Of a stretch of 64,000 bases of DNA, positions 50,619 to 61,410 are shown one piece after another (the stretch's first letter is position 1; each line of letters starts with the position of its first letter). The notes under the pieces were generated by a model. It was not told where the DNA came from, ran no database searches, and was given only the letters and a program-made list of their open reading frames with translations. Position numbers and translations under genes: made by a program. The DNA comes from Methanothermococcus sp. Ax23. Its GTDB lineage: Archaea; AGJL01; Methanococci; Methanococcales; Methanococcaceae. The stretch is from NCBI RefSeq assembly GCF_049075655.1, contig NZ_CP157522.1:480001-544000 (forward strand). Direction: 5' to 3'.

Positions 50619-51056
50619 TTATTCAAGCTCCTTTAAAAATGAAGCTATCTTTTGAACTACAACCTTTGCCTCTTCCTCATTTTTTGGATATATTAAGTTT
50701 AATCTTGGTATTTCCCTTCTTCTTATAAGGTATTTTGAGAGCTCATTTGTTCTCGCACATCCGACGCATCCAAAGGCAATAGGTGCCTCATTCATAATAA
50801 TTGCAGCGTCTGCCTCTTCAATCAACGGACCTATTAAAGACATTCTCCCCCTTACTCCAGAAGGAACCTCAATTGCAGCATATCTGAGTCCTTTTTTAGG
50901 GTCTTCATCAGTCATATTTAAAGGTGGGCTGTCAATTTCCGCAGTCCTTACTTTTTCGCCGATTACATTGTTTAACATTAATGGTTTGTGCCCAAATCTT
51001 TCCACTAAATCTCCCAATATAAGACTGTTTGGCGGGTAAATAAATACTTTTTTCAC
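50619..51056 (-). CDS. Methanogenesis marker protein 5
   Basis: [43 protein letters not shown]; GTG start behind GGTGAT. Confidence 0.88.
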   Translation of the reverse strand: MKKVFIYPPNSLILGDLVERFGHKPLMLNNVIGEKVRTAEIDSPPLNMTDEDPKKGLRYAAIEVPSGVRGRMSLIGPLIEEADAAIIMNEAPIAFGCVGCARTNELSKYLIRRREIPRLNLIYPKNEEEAKVVVQKIASFLKELE

Positions 51057-51134
51057 ACTATCACCGTAATATTTATTGATTATCAATATTTTAAACTACC
51101 ATTAGTTTATTTTATTTTTTATGCCTTTTACATT

Positions 51135-51527
51135 TTACATTTTCGGATATGCATCATCAGGCAGGAATTTGGACAATTCAGGTCGTCTTGAAAGGGATAA
51201 AATTTCTTCGAACATTCCCGCAGTTATATCAACAGCACCTATTGCCCCTAAAATCTCATCACCATCTTTTATTGGAACTACTATTACTGGAAGTCCTGCA
51301 TAAGGCCCCATTGTAGCACTTACTCTTAATGTTTCTCCCAATTCAATGGCGAGCTTCAAGACATAGCCCTCATAGTTATCATCTACGAGCTCTCCTTTTT
51401 CAATTCTTACTCCAGGTTTTTCCTTAGACCGCATAGCTATTGGAACTTTATTTACCAATAAATGCACGGCATAGGCGATTGGTAGAATATCATTGGCGTC
51501 CCCTTTTTTTAAAACTTCTTTTAACAT
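51135..51527 (-). CDS. DUF2111-like methanogen protein
   Basis: AVH.LVN..P..MRS..GVRIE.G..GPY.G.PV.V.P..GA.D. Confidence 0.75.
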   Translation of the reverse strand: MLKEVLKKGDANDILPIAYAVHLLVNKVPIAMRSKEKPGVRIEKGELVDDNYEGYVLKLAIELGETLRVSATMGPYAGLPVIVVPIKDGDEILGAIGAVDITAGMFEEILSLSRRPELSKFLPDDAYPKM

Positions 51528-51685
51528 ACTTTCACCTTCTTTTTAGTAATTATATTTATACTATAAATTAATATTTAAAAATTAGGTATTGGTGAAATAT
51601 ATAAATAAAAATTACATAATAAGAACTGAAATATGTATGAACATAAACATGCGAGATGGAAAATAACAATTTAATTGGTGATATC

Positions 51686-53017
51686 ATGAAGGTTTTATTG
51701 GTAGGTGGAGGAGCTCGGGAACATGCCATTGCAAGAGCTCTGAAAAAAAATGAGTCTGTAAAACTATACACTCTCATGAAGAACAAAAACCCGGGAATAT
51801 TCAGAATCTCAGAAAAAGTTTCATTAAACAGTGAAACAGATTTGGATGCAGTGAAGAAATTTGCAGAAGAGGTAAAGCCTGATTTGGCAGTGATTGGTCC
51901 AGAAGCTCCTTTGGGCGTTGGGGTTGCGGACATGCTTTGTGAGATGGGCATACCAACAGCAGGACCTAAAAAACTCCCAGCACAAATTGAAACAAGCAAA
52001 GAGTTCATGAGAAATCTCTTTAAAAAATACAGCATAAAAGGTTCATTAAAATACGGTGCATTTAACAGCTACGATGGAGTAGAGGAGTTTATCGATGAAA
52101 TGACAAATTTAGGAATGGATGTTGTTGTTAAACCTGTTGGATTAACAGGAGGAAAGGGAGTAAAGGTTGTCGGTGAGCAGTTAAAGGACAACGAAGAGGC
52201 AAAGGAATATGCAAAGGAGATATTTGAAAAAAGCATCGGCGGTGGAAAATTAATAATTGAGGAAAAACTCGTTGGTGTTGAATTCACACTCCACGGTTTT
52301 GTTGATGGAGAAACTATCGTATTCATGCCACCAGTTCAAGACCACCCTCATGCCTATGAAAATGACGAAGGTCCTATTACCGGTGGTATGGGTTCATACT
52401 CCTGCCCAGACCACAATTTGCCATTTTTAACAGAAGATGATTTGAACGAAGCAAAAGAAATAATGAAAAATACAGTGGAAGCAATTAAAAAAGAAGTAGG
52501 GGCATATCAAGGATTTTTATACGGCCAGTTCATGCTCACAGTAGATGGTCCAAAAATAATCGAATACAATGCAAGATTTGGAGACCCTGAGGCTATGAAT
52601 TTGCTCCCTATATTAAAAACTGACTTTGTGGAAGTATGCAATGCAATAGCAAACGGCGAATTAAATAAATTAAACATAGAATTTGAAAACAAAGCAACAG
52701 TTTGTAAATATGTGGTTCCAGAAGGATATCCATTAAATCCAGTGAAAGATAGGGAAATATTCGTTGATGAAGATAAAATAAAGGAAACTGGTGCAGTATT
52801 GTTCTATGCTTCCATAAACGAGAAGGATGGAAAGTTGTATATCACAGGTTCAAGAAGTGCGGCGGTTGTTGGAGTAGCGGATACTATTGAAGAAGCAGAA
52901 AAAATAGCAGAAAATGCCATACAGCACATAAAGGGAGATGTATTTTATAGAAAAGACATTGGAACATTGGATTTAATAAACAAAAGAATAGAGAGAATGA
53001 AAGAACTTAGGAAATGA
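51686..53017 (+). CDS. purD: Phosphoribosylamine-glycine ligase
   Basis: [35 protein letters not shown]. Confidence 0.96.
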   Translation: MKVLLVGGGAREHAIARALKKNESVKLYTLMKNKNPGIFRISEKVSLNSETDLDAVKKFAEEVKPDLAVIGPEAPLGVGVADMLCEMGIPTAGPKKLPAQIETSKEFMRNLFKKYSIKGSLKYGAFNSYDGVEEFIDEMTNLGMDVVVKPVGLTGGKGVKVVGEQLKDNEEAKEYAKEIFEKSIGGGKLIIEEKLVGVEFTLHGFVDGETIVFMPPVQDHPHAYENDEGPITGGMGSYSCPDHNLPFLTEDDLNEAKEIMKNTVEAIKKEVGAYQGFLYGQFMLTVDGPKIIEYNARFGDPEAMNLLPILKTDFVEVCNAIANGELNKLNIEFENKATVCKYVVPEGYPLNPVKDREIFVDEDKIKETGAVLFYASINEKDGKLYITGSRSAAVVGVADTIEEAEKIAENAIQHIKGDVFYRKDIGTLDLINKRIERMKELRK

Positions 53018-53174
53018 ATGAGCTCAGAAGTGGCAACTAAAAATTTATATATATAACCCATAGGAATATACTGAATTTATGAGATACTAAACTTTATAAA
53101 TAACTTATAGTATATTATTAGAAATATTAATAATAGGAATAATTACATTATAAAAAGAGTGATAAAGTAAAAGA

Positions 53175-54332
53175 GTGGATACGATGAAAAAGTTGGATTA
53201 TGAAAAACTTTTAATGATTCCAGGACCTACAATGGTTCCAAATACAGTTTTGACATCAATGGCAAATCCAATAATAGGACACAGAACAAAAGATTATGGG
53301 GAATTGTTGGAAGATACAATAGAAAAAATGAAAAAAGTTTTCATGACAGAAAACGATGTCTATTTAATCACAGGTTCAGGAACATCAGCAATGGATATGG
53401 CTATCTCAAATACCGTTGATAAAGGGGACAAGGTATTAACAATAACAAACGGAAACTTTGGAGAGAGATTCTGCAAAATAGCTGATGTATATGGAGCAGA
53501 AGTAATTAAATTGGAAAATGAATGGGGCGACAATGCAAAACCTGAGCAAGTAAAGGAGATTTTGGAGGAAAACCCAGACATTAAAGTTGTTACTGTCGTC
53601 CATAACGAAACTTCAACAGGTGTCAAAAACCCTATTGAAGAAATAGGTAATATTGTAAAGGATTACGATGCATTGTATGTTGTAGATACAGTTTCATCAC
53701 TTGGTGGGGATTATGTGGATGTAGATAAATTCAACATTGACATTTGTGTCACAGGCTCACAGAAATGTATCGCAGCTCCGCCGGGAATGGCAGCAATATC
53801 AGTAAGTGAAAAGGCATGGGATGTAATCAACGCAACAGAAACAAAATCATTCTACTTGGATATAAAAGCATACAAAAAGAGATACGAAACCAAAAAAGAA
53901 ACACCATATACTCCATCAGTTTCATTAACCTACGCTATGAATGAGGCTCTCGAAATAGTGCTTGATGAAGGTCTTGAAAACAGATTTAAAAGACATGAGA
54001 AACTTGCAAAAGCCACAATAGCAGGATTGGAAGCTATGGGCATTGAGTTATTTGCAAAAGAGTGGGCAAGGTCAGTGACTGTAACCTCTGCAAAGTATCC
54101 TGAGGGAATAACAGATTCAGAATTTAGAGGATTATTAGCTAACAAATACGGCATACTCGTAGCAGGTGGTCAGGGACAGGCTAGCGGAAAAATATTCAGA
54201 GTAGGACACATGGGAGAAGCAAGAGAATATCATGTTTTAGGAACATTGGCTGCTATTGAAATGGCATTTAATGAATTGGGCCTTGATGTAGATGGAGGAG
54301 TAGATGCGGCAAAGAAAATATTGAGAATGTAA
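53175..54332 (+). CDS. Class V PLP aminotransferase (serine-pyruvate/phosphoserine type)
   Basis: LMIPGPT, GSGT, HNETSTG, DTVSS, GSQKC, FRVGHMG. Confidence 0.9.
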   Translation: MDTMKKLDYEKLLMIPGPTMVPNTVLTSMANPIIGHRTKDYGELLEDTIEKMKKVFMTENDVYLITGSGTSAMDMAISNTVDKGDKVLTITNGNFGERFCKIADVYGAEVIKLENEWGDNAKPEQVKEILEENPDIKVVTVVHNETSTGVKNPIEEIGNIVKDYDALYVVDTVSSLGGDYVDVDKFNIDICVTGSQKCIAAPPGMAAISVSEKAWDVINATETKSFYLDIKAYKKRYETKKETPYTPSVSLTYAMNEALEIVLDEGLENRFKRHEKLAKATIAGLEAMGIELFAKEWARSVTVTSAKYPEGITDSEFRGLLANKYGILVAGGQGQASGKIFRVGHMGEAREYHVLGTLAAIEMAFNELGLDVDGGVDAAKKILRM

Positions 54333-54394
54333 AAAATTATTTTTATTTTATAATTTTACTTTTTTATTATTTTTTTATTTTTTAAGGTGAAAGC

Positions 54395-55306
54395 TTGAAA
54401 ATAGTTATTGGGACAAGAGGAAGCAAATTAGCACTTGCTCAAACATATTATATAAAGAATCTTTTGGAAAATTTAAATGAAAATCTCGATATCGAGATAA
54501 AAATTATCAAAACTACCGGGGATAAAGACCAAAAAACAAAATTGTCTGAGCTCGGATTGGGAGTTTTTACAAAAGAACTGGACATTAAAATGCTTGAAAA
54601 TGAAATAGATATCGCCGTCCATAGCTTAAAGGATGTCCCAACAGTGTGGAATGAAAATTTAACAATATCTGCAACTCCTAAAAGGGAAAGCTACCATGAT
54701 TTAATAATATGGAATAAAAACAACGATATAGATATTGAAAAAGATGAATTAATAGTGGGAACTTCCAGTATTAGAAGAAAAGCTTTTTTATCTATAAAAT
54801 ATCCTAATTTAAAGACAAAGCTATTGAGGGGAAATATCGACACACGATTAAGAAAATTAAAAGAAAATAATTATGATGCCATTATCTTGGCAGAAGCTGG
54901 ATTAAATCGGCTAAAAATGGATTTATCTGAGTTTAATTATAAAAGATTGGATATACTACCGGCTCCTGCCCAGGGGATTATAGGGGTTGCTTCAAGAAAG
55001 GACGACAGGGAAATCATAGAAATCCTTCAAAAAATAAATGACAAAAAAACATATTTAGAATCTATTGCAGAGAGATGGGCATTGAGGGAATATGGTGGTG
55101 GATGTCAGGCACCTTTCGGAGCTCTGGCTATATATGATATTAAAAATAATGAATTGTATTTAAAATGTGATGCTGTTCATGAATTAGATGGGAAAAACAT
55201 TATTGTATCAAAAGAGGGCAAAATTCAATGTGGGATTAAAGACATAAACCTCGCCAAAGATATGGGTATTAAGCTTGGAAATGAAATAAAACATACGATA
55301 ATGTAA
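54395..55306 (+). CDS. hemC: Porphobilinogen deaminase
   Basis: GTRGSKLALAQ, HSLKDVP, GTSS.RR, RGNIDTRL, GGCQAP. Confidence 0.96.
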   Translation: MKIVIGTRGSKLALAQTYYIKNLLENLNENLDIEIKIIKTTGDKDQKTKLSELGLGVFTKELDIKMLENEIDIAVHSLKDVPTVWNENLTISATPKRESYHDLIIWNKNNDIDIEKDELIVGTSSIRRKAFLSIKYPNLKTKLLRGNIDTRLRKLKENNYDAIILAEAGLNRLKMDLSEFNYKRLDILPAPAQGIIGVASRKDDREIIEILQKINDKKTYLESIAERWALREYGGGCQAPFGALAIYDIKNNELYLKCDAVHELDGKNIIVSKEGKIQCGIKDINLAKDMGIKLGNEIKHTIM

Positions 55307-55374
55307 AATCCATTGTTTATCGATAACTTTATATATTATCATATTATATTTAAGTTATCATAAGGAGGGATATA

Positions 55375-55644
55375 ATGAATAACACCGTATATGTGGGAAA
55401 TAAAGGTGTAATGAACTATGTTCTTGCAGTAATTACCCAGTTTAACACAGAAAACGCAGAAAAAGTCAGAATTAAGGCGAGAGGCAGAGCCATTAGCAGA
55501 GCAGTAGATGTGGAAGAAATGGTAAAAAATAGATTTTTGCCAGACATTAAAGTGGAAGAAATAAAGCTCGGCACAGACCAAGTGCAAAATGAAGATGGTA
55601 AGACTGTCAATATATCCACAATTGAAATAGTATTATCCAAATAA
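55375..55644 (+). CDS. albA: DNA/RNA-binding protein Alba
   Basis: [28 protein letters not shown]. Confidence 0.96.
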   Translation: MNNTVYVGNKGVMNYVLAVITQFNTENAEKVRIKARGRAISRAVDVEEMVKNRFLPDIKVEEIKLGTDQVQNEDGKTVNISTIEIVLSK

Positions 55645-55792
55645 TTCCTATTTTTTAGTTTTATTTAATTTAATTTTGATTTATTTTTCCTTATAGTATT
55701 ACTTTTTTTAAATATATATTATTTATTAATAACGTTTAAATAATATTAAACCATATATCATATCAGAAGTAAATACGCATCTTGGTGATATT

Positions 55793-55972
55793 ATGGGAAT
55801 AAGTGAAAAGGAAAGAAAAATAAAAAAACTACTTCATAGTTTAAAACATACCGAAGAACATTTTGAAGAGCTCATAACTTCGATTGAAAGCTGTGGTTTA
55901 AATCCAGAGGCATACAAAGAATTATATGAAAAATTAAAAAATGAAAATGAAAAGCTAAAAGAAAAATTATAG
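55793..55972 (+). CDS. Small helical hypothetical protein, 59 aa (absent from ORF track)
   Basis: GGTGAT RBS, MGISEKERKIKKLLHSLKHTEEHFEEL..EKLKEKL; normal codon usage. Confidence 0.7.
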   Translation: MGISEKERKIKKLLHSLKHTEEHFEELITSIESCGLNPEAYKELYEKLKNENEKLKEKL

Positions 55973-56031
55973 GTTCCAAAACGAGCGATAGCGAGTTTTG
56001 GATTTTGGATGCACACTTTTTTAAAGGGTGC
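55969..56031. repeat. 63-bp double-hairpin insertion flanked by a 22-bp direct repeat
   Basis: ATGAAAAGCTAAAAGAAAAATT at 55947-55968 and 56032-56053; tccaaaac-gagcgatagcga-gttttgga plus tgcac..gtgca hairpins. Confidence 0.8.
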
Positions 56032-56122
56032 ATGAAAAGCTAAAAGAAAAATTGGAAAATTAAAATAAAATTAAAGTTAAAAATAAAATAAATATTTTTA
56101 TTATTTTAGCATTGATTATTAT

Positions 56123-57208
56123 TTATGACAATATTTTATCCACCATATCAAGTTCCAATGCCAGTTTTATCTCTTTTGCTATTCTCTGACCCATACTCAG
56201 TGGCTCTCCGTTGTAAAGGAATGAATATGCACTTCCATTCATAAAGGTGTTTGTTCCGCCATCTATTCTTGCACTCATTTCAAATACCACGAGCTCTAAG
56301 TTTTCATTGCACAATGACTGCAAACAGAATGGACCGAGCATTCCTGGTGGCACGATTTCTTCTGCCTTAGCTGCTAATTTATCTCCCATTTCAAATACCT
56401 GTGGAAGGAGACTTTCCCTTATTACCACTGGGAAGTTTCCGCTTATAACATACGATGGGTCTATGTTGAGCTCCATCTGGTCTTTTGCAGGAACCCTAAC
56501 AATTCCATCAATATTACTTTCATATCTCCTATCTATCCCCATTAATTCCACTTGGTCTTTCAATGGAGAATAGAAGTAGTGAATACAGTAGTTTGTCCCT
56601 ACAACATATTCTTCAATATGTGCATTTCCAACATCTTCATCCGTTAATATGCCCTTTGCCTTGAAATCTTCTATCTTTCTCCAAAACTCCTCTGTTGTAG
56701 AGCATGGGAAATAGCCCCTTCCTCCCCTTGCACCAGGAAATTTAACCATTACAGGTCCGTCTATCTCATCAGGGCTGTTGTATTTTTTAGGAATTCTTAA
56801 ACCACTTTCTTTTAAAAGCTTTCCTTCCAAATCCCTTTCTGCTTCCCATCTTAATATTTTCCTGTTTCCAAACATTGGAACTCTAAAATCATTCTCAACT
56901 TTATCCAGTCCGCAGTATGCAATAAATGAACCGTGCGGAACAATTATGGCATTCATTTCCCTTAATTTCTCTTGGATTTCTTCATTTGATATGTCTGAAA
57001 ATTTATCAACATAAATGAACTTATCTGCAACATTAAATCTTTTATATGGAACATCCCTATCTTTTGTTGTAATTACTGCTGTTGAAAAACCTTCTAATTT
57101 TGCTCCTTTTAATATGTGGAGTGATGTATGGCTACCAACAGTGGCTATGGTTATTTCATCCCTGTTGTATTCTTCAAATATGCTTAAAATTTCTTCCTTT
57201 GAAATCAT
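56123..57208 (-). CDS. purP: FAICAR synthetase
   Basis: GSHTSL, PHGSF, GARGGRGYF, DRRYESN, EMSARIDGGTN. Confidence 0.93.
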   Translation of the reverse strand: MISKEEILSIFEEYNRDEITIATVGSHTSLHILKGAKLEGFSTAVITTKDRDVPYKRFNVADKFIYVDKFSDISNEEIQEKLREMNAIIVPHGSFIAYCGLDKVENDFRVPMFGNRKILRWEAERDLEGKLLKESGLRIPKKYNSPDEIDGPVMVKFPGARGGRGYFPCSTTEEFWRKIEDFKAKGILTDEDVGNAHIEEYVVGTNYCIHYFYSPLKDQVELMGIDRRYESNIDGIVRVPAKDQMELNIDPSYVISGNFPVVIRESLLPQVFEMGDKLAAKAEEIVPPGMLGPFCLQSLCNENLELVVFEMSARIDGGTNTFMNGSAYSFLYNGEPLSMGQRIAKEIKLALELDMVDKILS

Positions 57209-57346
57209 TCTTTCACCAGAGATTTATATGTGCAATGCACAGTAGAAAAATAGATGAGTATAAATTTGTGAAAGGTCATTTATATATTTTATCATTATTA
57301 TTCATTACATAAAATTTAAAAACAAAAAAGTAAGGTATAAAAATAA

Positions 57347-57919
57347 TTATTTTTCAATGCTAACGACTTTTATCGTGAATATTAATGTTTTTCCAGCCAT
57401 TGGCGGATTAAAATCCAAAACCACATTTGTGTCATTTACCTTTATGATTTTAGCAGGAGTTCCCCTAACATATATGTATTTACCAACTATTGGAGTCATA
57501 TTTGCATTTTTAAATGCCTCTATTGGCACAGATATTATTAATTTATCGCTTTTAACACCATATGCCTCCTCTGGTGGAATAGTAACTGTTTTATTTTCTC
57601 CCACATGCATTCCAATTACTGCATTTTCAAAACCCTTAATTAATTGCCCCTTTCCAACGGTAAAATTCAACGGTTTATATTCTCTATTGGGATTGTATAT
57701 TCCGTTTTCTATTGCAACGCTTTTAATTGATGTATCAAAAACAGTTCCATTTTCAAATTTTCCAATATAATCCACACAAACGGTTGTTCCGTTTTTAACT
57801 ACCATATTAGATGCATTGGTAGAGCTCACACATCCAGACAGTGCAGTTGATAGAATTATTAAACTACCAAAAATAATGGATAATTTTGTAAAATTGGATA
57901 ATTTTAACAATTTTTTCAT
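57347..57919 (-). CDS. FKBP-type PPIase with lipoprotein-like signal peptide
   Basis: Basic/hydrophobic N-terminus ending LSGC; VDYIG..G.VFDTS, GQLIKGFE, PEEAYG, DFN.P.AGK. Confidence 0.88.
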   Translation of the reverse strand: MKKLLKLSNFTKLSIIFGSLIILSTALSGCVSSTNASNMVVKNGTTVCVDYIGKFENGTVFDTSIKSVAIENGIYNPNREYKPLNFTVGKGQLIKGFENAVIGMHVGENKTVTIPPEEAYGVKSDKLIISVPIEAFKNANMTPIVGKYIYVRGTPAKIIKVNDTNVVLDFNPPMAGKTLIFTIKVVSIEK

Positions 57920-58029
57920 TGTTTCACCAAAATAAAATCCAGATATAAAAAATAATTAATAATGATTAATAAAATAATAGATTTATATAATAGTTATTGT
58001 TCAAAAATTAAAATAATATAAAATTAAAA

Positions 58030-58494
58030 TTATTCTTTAACATCTACAAGTTTTATTGTAAATATTAAATCCTTTCCTGCTAATTGGTGGTTGAAGTCCA
58101 AAACTACTTCGTTATCTTTAACTTCAATAATTGTAGCTGGAACGCCGCCTGCAAGAATTATCATGCCTTCTTCTGGTTCAAAGTCTGCTCCTTCGAATGC
58201 TTCTTTTGGAATTGTCTGAATTAATTTTTCATCTCTCTGTCCATAAGCTTTTTCTGCTGGGATATTTACTGTTTTTTCGTCCCCCACATTCATATCAAGA
58301 ATTGCTTCTTCAAATCCTTCAATAAGTTGTCCTTCTCCAACGGTAAATTCCAAAGGTTCATATGGTCTCTCAGGCGTGTAAATGCCTTCTTCCTTAGCAA
58401 CACTTTCAATTGATGTATCGAAAACTTCTCCACTTTCTAATTTACCTATGTAATCAACCTTTACTTTATCGCCTTTTTTTACCAAAAAAATCAC
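58030..58494 (-). CDS. Short-type FKBP PPIase/chaperone (FKBP17/SlyD-like)
   Basis: [41 protein letters not shown]. Confidence 0.93.
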   Translation of the reverse strand: MIFLVKKGDKVKVDYIGKLESGEVFDTSIESVAKEEGIYTPERPYEPLEFTVGEGQLIEGFEEAILDMNVGDEKTVNIPAEKAYGQRDEKLIQTIPKEAFEGADFEPEEGMIILAGGVPATIIEVKDNEVVLDFNHQLAGKDLIFTIKLVDVKE

Positions 58495-58649
58495 ATCCTA
58501 TGTTTTAATTTTAATAAAATTAATTAAATATAACATGCTATATATATTTTTTGTTCTTGTTTATGGTATATTTGTTTATGGTAACTAATTATAATGATTA
58601 TATGATTTGATTAAAATGATATAAATTATAAAACGATATTGGTGTTTAA

Positions 58650-59102
58650 ATGTCTAAGAAAGTAGTTGTTGGCGGAACTTTTGATATACTTCATGAAGGT
58701 CATAAAAAACTTCTAAAATATGCCTCACAATTTGGGGAGCTCCACATAGGTGTAACATCCGATGAATTTGCAAAAACATACAAAACCCATAACATAAATC
58801 CATTAAATATTAGATTGAAAAACTTAAAAAAATATCTTGACGACCATAAAATTAATTACGAGATATTGGTTATAGACGATGCTTATGGGGATACCTTAAA
58901 AAAAGATTATGATATAATTGTAGTTACTCCTGAAACAGAAAAAAATGCTAAACGAATAAATGAAATAAGGGTAAAAAACAATCTAAAACCCCTTGAAATA
59001 ATGGTTTATGATTACGTATTAAGTGAAGATAAAAAACCAATATCTACAACAAGAATAAGAAATAAAGAAATAGATGAAAAAGGAAGATTGTTAAAAAAAT
59101 AA
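58650..59102 (+). CDS. coaD: Phosphopantetheine adenylyltransferase (archaeal type)
   Basis: [32 protein letters not shown]. Confidence 0.9.
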   Translation: MSKKVVVGGTFDILHEGHKKLLKYASQFGELHIGVTSDEFAKTYKTHNINPLNIRLKNLKKYLDDHKINYEILVIDDAYGDTLKKDYDIIVVTPETEKNAKRINEIRVKNNLKPLEIMVYDYVLSEDKKPISTTRIRNKEIDEKGRLLKK

Positions 59103-59193
59103 TTAAAATTCGAGATTATGGCTCCCATGTTTCGTATAACTCCATGTTTCGCTATGAAAGAAAAACATAAAATTAAAAAATTGGTGTAATACT

Positions 59194-60108
59194 ATGGATA
59201 TAATGATTATAATAGTTCTTTTAATATTAACAGGTTATCTATCAAAATACTTTAATATTCTAAGAGAGAGCGATAGAACTATACTCAACAACATTGTAGT
59301 ATATATTGCAATGCCTTCAACAATATTTTTAACAATTATGAAAAATGTTTCACCTGTGGATTTGCCTCAATTTTTAAAACTGCCTTTTTTGATATTTTTA
59401 ACATTTGTCATTTGTGGATTTATAGGATACCTCATTGGAAGATTCTTAAAACTAAATAGAGAATCATTGGGGGGATTAATATTAGTTTGTGCATTGGGAA
59501 ACACTGGATTTTTAGGCTATCCTGTAATATATGGATTTTATGGAACAGAAGGACTTACAAGAGCAATATTTTGCGACATGGGGAGTGTTTTTGCGAGTTT
59601 ATTAATTGGAACATACATCGGTATAAAATTTGGAAAAAATAAAAATAGCGATAAGTCTGTAATAAAGGAGCTCCTAAAATTCCCACCATTGATGACTGGT
59701 GTTATAAGTATAACCCTTGTATTTTTTGGATTATCTATTGGTAGTTTTCCAGAGTTTTTTATTAAAACGCTGAATTACTTGTCAAATGCCACAATACCTT
59801 TAATTATGTTATCTCTTGGATTGTCGTTATCCCCGAGCTCTGCAAAATTCGGTGCTATTTATGGAGTCATAGCATCCATAGTTAGAATGGGGATTGCTCC
59901 TTTAATCGTGTTTGTCCTTTCATCCATATTTTTAATAGATGGACTGGATAAAAATGTATTAATACTTGAATCTGCAATGCCCTCTGCAATGATGTCCTTA
60001 GTATTCTCTGTGCTTTATGGATTAGATGTAAAACTCGTAGCTTCGGCATGTTTCATAACCACGGTGGTTTCTTTGATGGTGTTGCCAATATTGCAGGGTA
60101 TATTGTAA
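59194..60108 (+). CDS. AEC (auxin efflux carrier) family transporter
   Basis: GNTGFLGYP, SAMPSA, multiple TM segments. Confidence 0.9.
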   Translation: MDIMIIIVLLILTGYLSKYFNILRESDRTILNNIVVYIAMPSTIFLTIMKNVSPVDLPQFLKLPFLIFLTFVICGFIGYLIGRFLKLNRESLGGLILVCALGNTGFLGYPVIYGFYGTEGLTRAIFCDMGSVFASLLIGTYIGIKFGKNKNSDKSVIKELLKFPPLMTGVISITLVFFGLSIGSFPEFFIKTLNYLSNATIPLIMLSLGLSLSPSSAKFGAIYGVIASIVRMGIAPLIVFVLSSIFLIDGLDKNVLILESAMPSAMMSLVFSVLYGLDVKLVASACFITTVVSLMVLPILQGIL

Positions 60109-60173
60109 AATAGATTGATAGGGATGAATAGGTTAAGACATATGCCAATAATAAATATATTAAACCATACCGT

Positions 60174-60581
60174 TTATGACCAATTTATATAAACATAGTC
60201 ATCATACTTTACCAGTGAAACGTTTATTATACCTAAATTTGTCTTATATGTATTATTATTAGTAATTAAATTTATATCGCATGTTGTAGTTATGTTATAT
60301 CCATTTCCTTTTAATGTTATATTTCTCCCATTAATTTCCCATTCCGCAGGTGGGGATTTTATATATACCACCTTTTTAGAACCTTTATCCGCAACGGAAA
60401 GCATATCTATATTGGTTTTTAATTTAGATAATGCAGCATGACCTAAACTTGCAGATGATACCTCCACTGTTTTTTTATAACCATACATGCCAGGAGTCAT
60501 TGTGGATACTATCACAACGACCAGCAGTGCCAAAAATAGTATGGAAAATTCCAAAGAAATTTGTCCCCTCATACCAAACAC
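60174..60581 (-). CDS. Class III signal peptide (pilin-like) protein
   Basis: MRG-QISLEF plus hydrophobic helix. Confidence 0.85.
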   Translation of the reverse strand: MFGMRGQISLEFSILFLALLVVVIVSTMTPGMYGYKKTVEVSSASLGHAALSKLKTNIDMLSVADKGSKKVVYIKSPPAEWEINGRNITLKGNGYNITTTCDINLITNNNTYKTNLGIINVSLVKYDDYVYINWS

Positions 60582-61406
60582 CTAATTATACTTTTTATCC
60601 CAATACATAACATACGCAAAATCTATTGGTTGTTTATCGGATGTTGTAAATGCCATTGCAGGCACATCAAACAATTTTAAATTAACACCACTGCCAAAAC
60701 TATCATCCATATTTGGAACTAACGCATCATCGATATTATATAACTCAGGATTTTGCTTGTAGGCTGTTTTTTTATGCTTATTGATGTATTCATTATAGGA
60801 GCTCACCCAAATATCTACATCATATTTTCCAAAAATTTTGTTAAATTGATAGTAGTTATCCAAAACAAGTGGTGCTGGAACAATTATACTTATAACTTCG
60901 GAATTATCCGATTTTATTATTGAACCTCTGACATAGAGTTTAAAATTATCAAGCATGATTCCTTTTTGATATATGGGAAATACCTGTTTTAAATTTAAAA
61001 TCTTCGTAGTATCTACCAATGCTGGACCTGCAATATCGTAATTTACCTGAGACTCATCAATATTTAACGTATAATTTAAGATACCCTCTCTACTTATTTT
61101 TACCGTGGTATATGGTGGAATCCAAAATCCCCTTTTTCCATTTAATATAGTATTGTAAAAAACCGTACCATCTGGGTTATCCACAATATTGCCTGACAAA
61201 CTTACTTTTAAAAAGTCGTTTGAGGATTTTAATGTTTTATCGGTGTAATCTATATTATCGGGCACAGCCACAAATACAGTATATGGATTGGCGTTGGTAA
61301 TTTCACCAGTTAATACCCAATACCCATCCATTGTAGCTATTGCTGTTTCTGCAAACCCGATTGGAATAAGGACAATAAGGAGAATTATGGGAATAATATA
61401 TTTCAT
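60582..61406 (-). CDS. Secreted hypothetical protein in a pilus-associated cassette
   Basis: N-terminal signal peptide; GFWIPPYT motif; tightly coupled to neighbours. Confidence 0.75.
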   Translation of the reverse strand: MKYIIPIILLIVLIPIGFAETAIATMDGYWVLTGEITNANPYTVFVAVPDNIDYTDKTLKSSNDFLKVSLSGNIVDNPDGTVFYNTILNGKRGFWIPPYTTVKISREGILNYTLNIDESQVNYDIAGPALVDTTKILNLKQVFPIYQKGIMLDNFKLYVRGSIIKSDNSEVISIIVPAPLVLDNYYQFNKIFGKYDVDIWVSSYNEYINKHKKTAYKQNPELYNIDDALVPNMDDSFGSGVNLKLFDVPAMAFTTSDKQPIDFAYVMYWDKKYN

Positions 61407-61410
61407 AACA

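Noticed and set aside
55834-56016. 60-aa minus-strand ORF
   Set aside because: Antisense to the RBS-supported ORF at 55793 and starts inside the hairpin insertion
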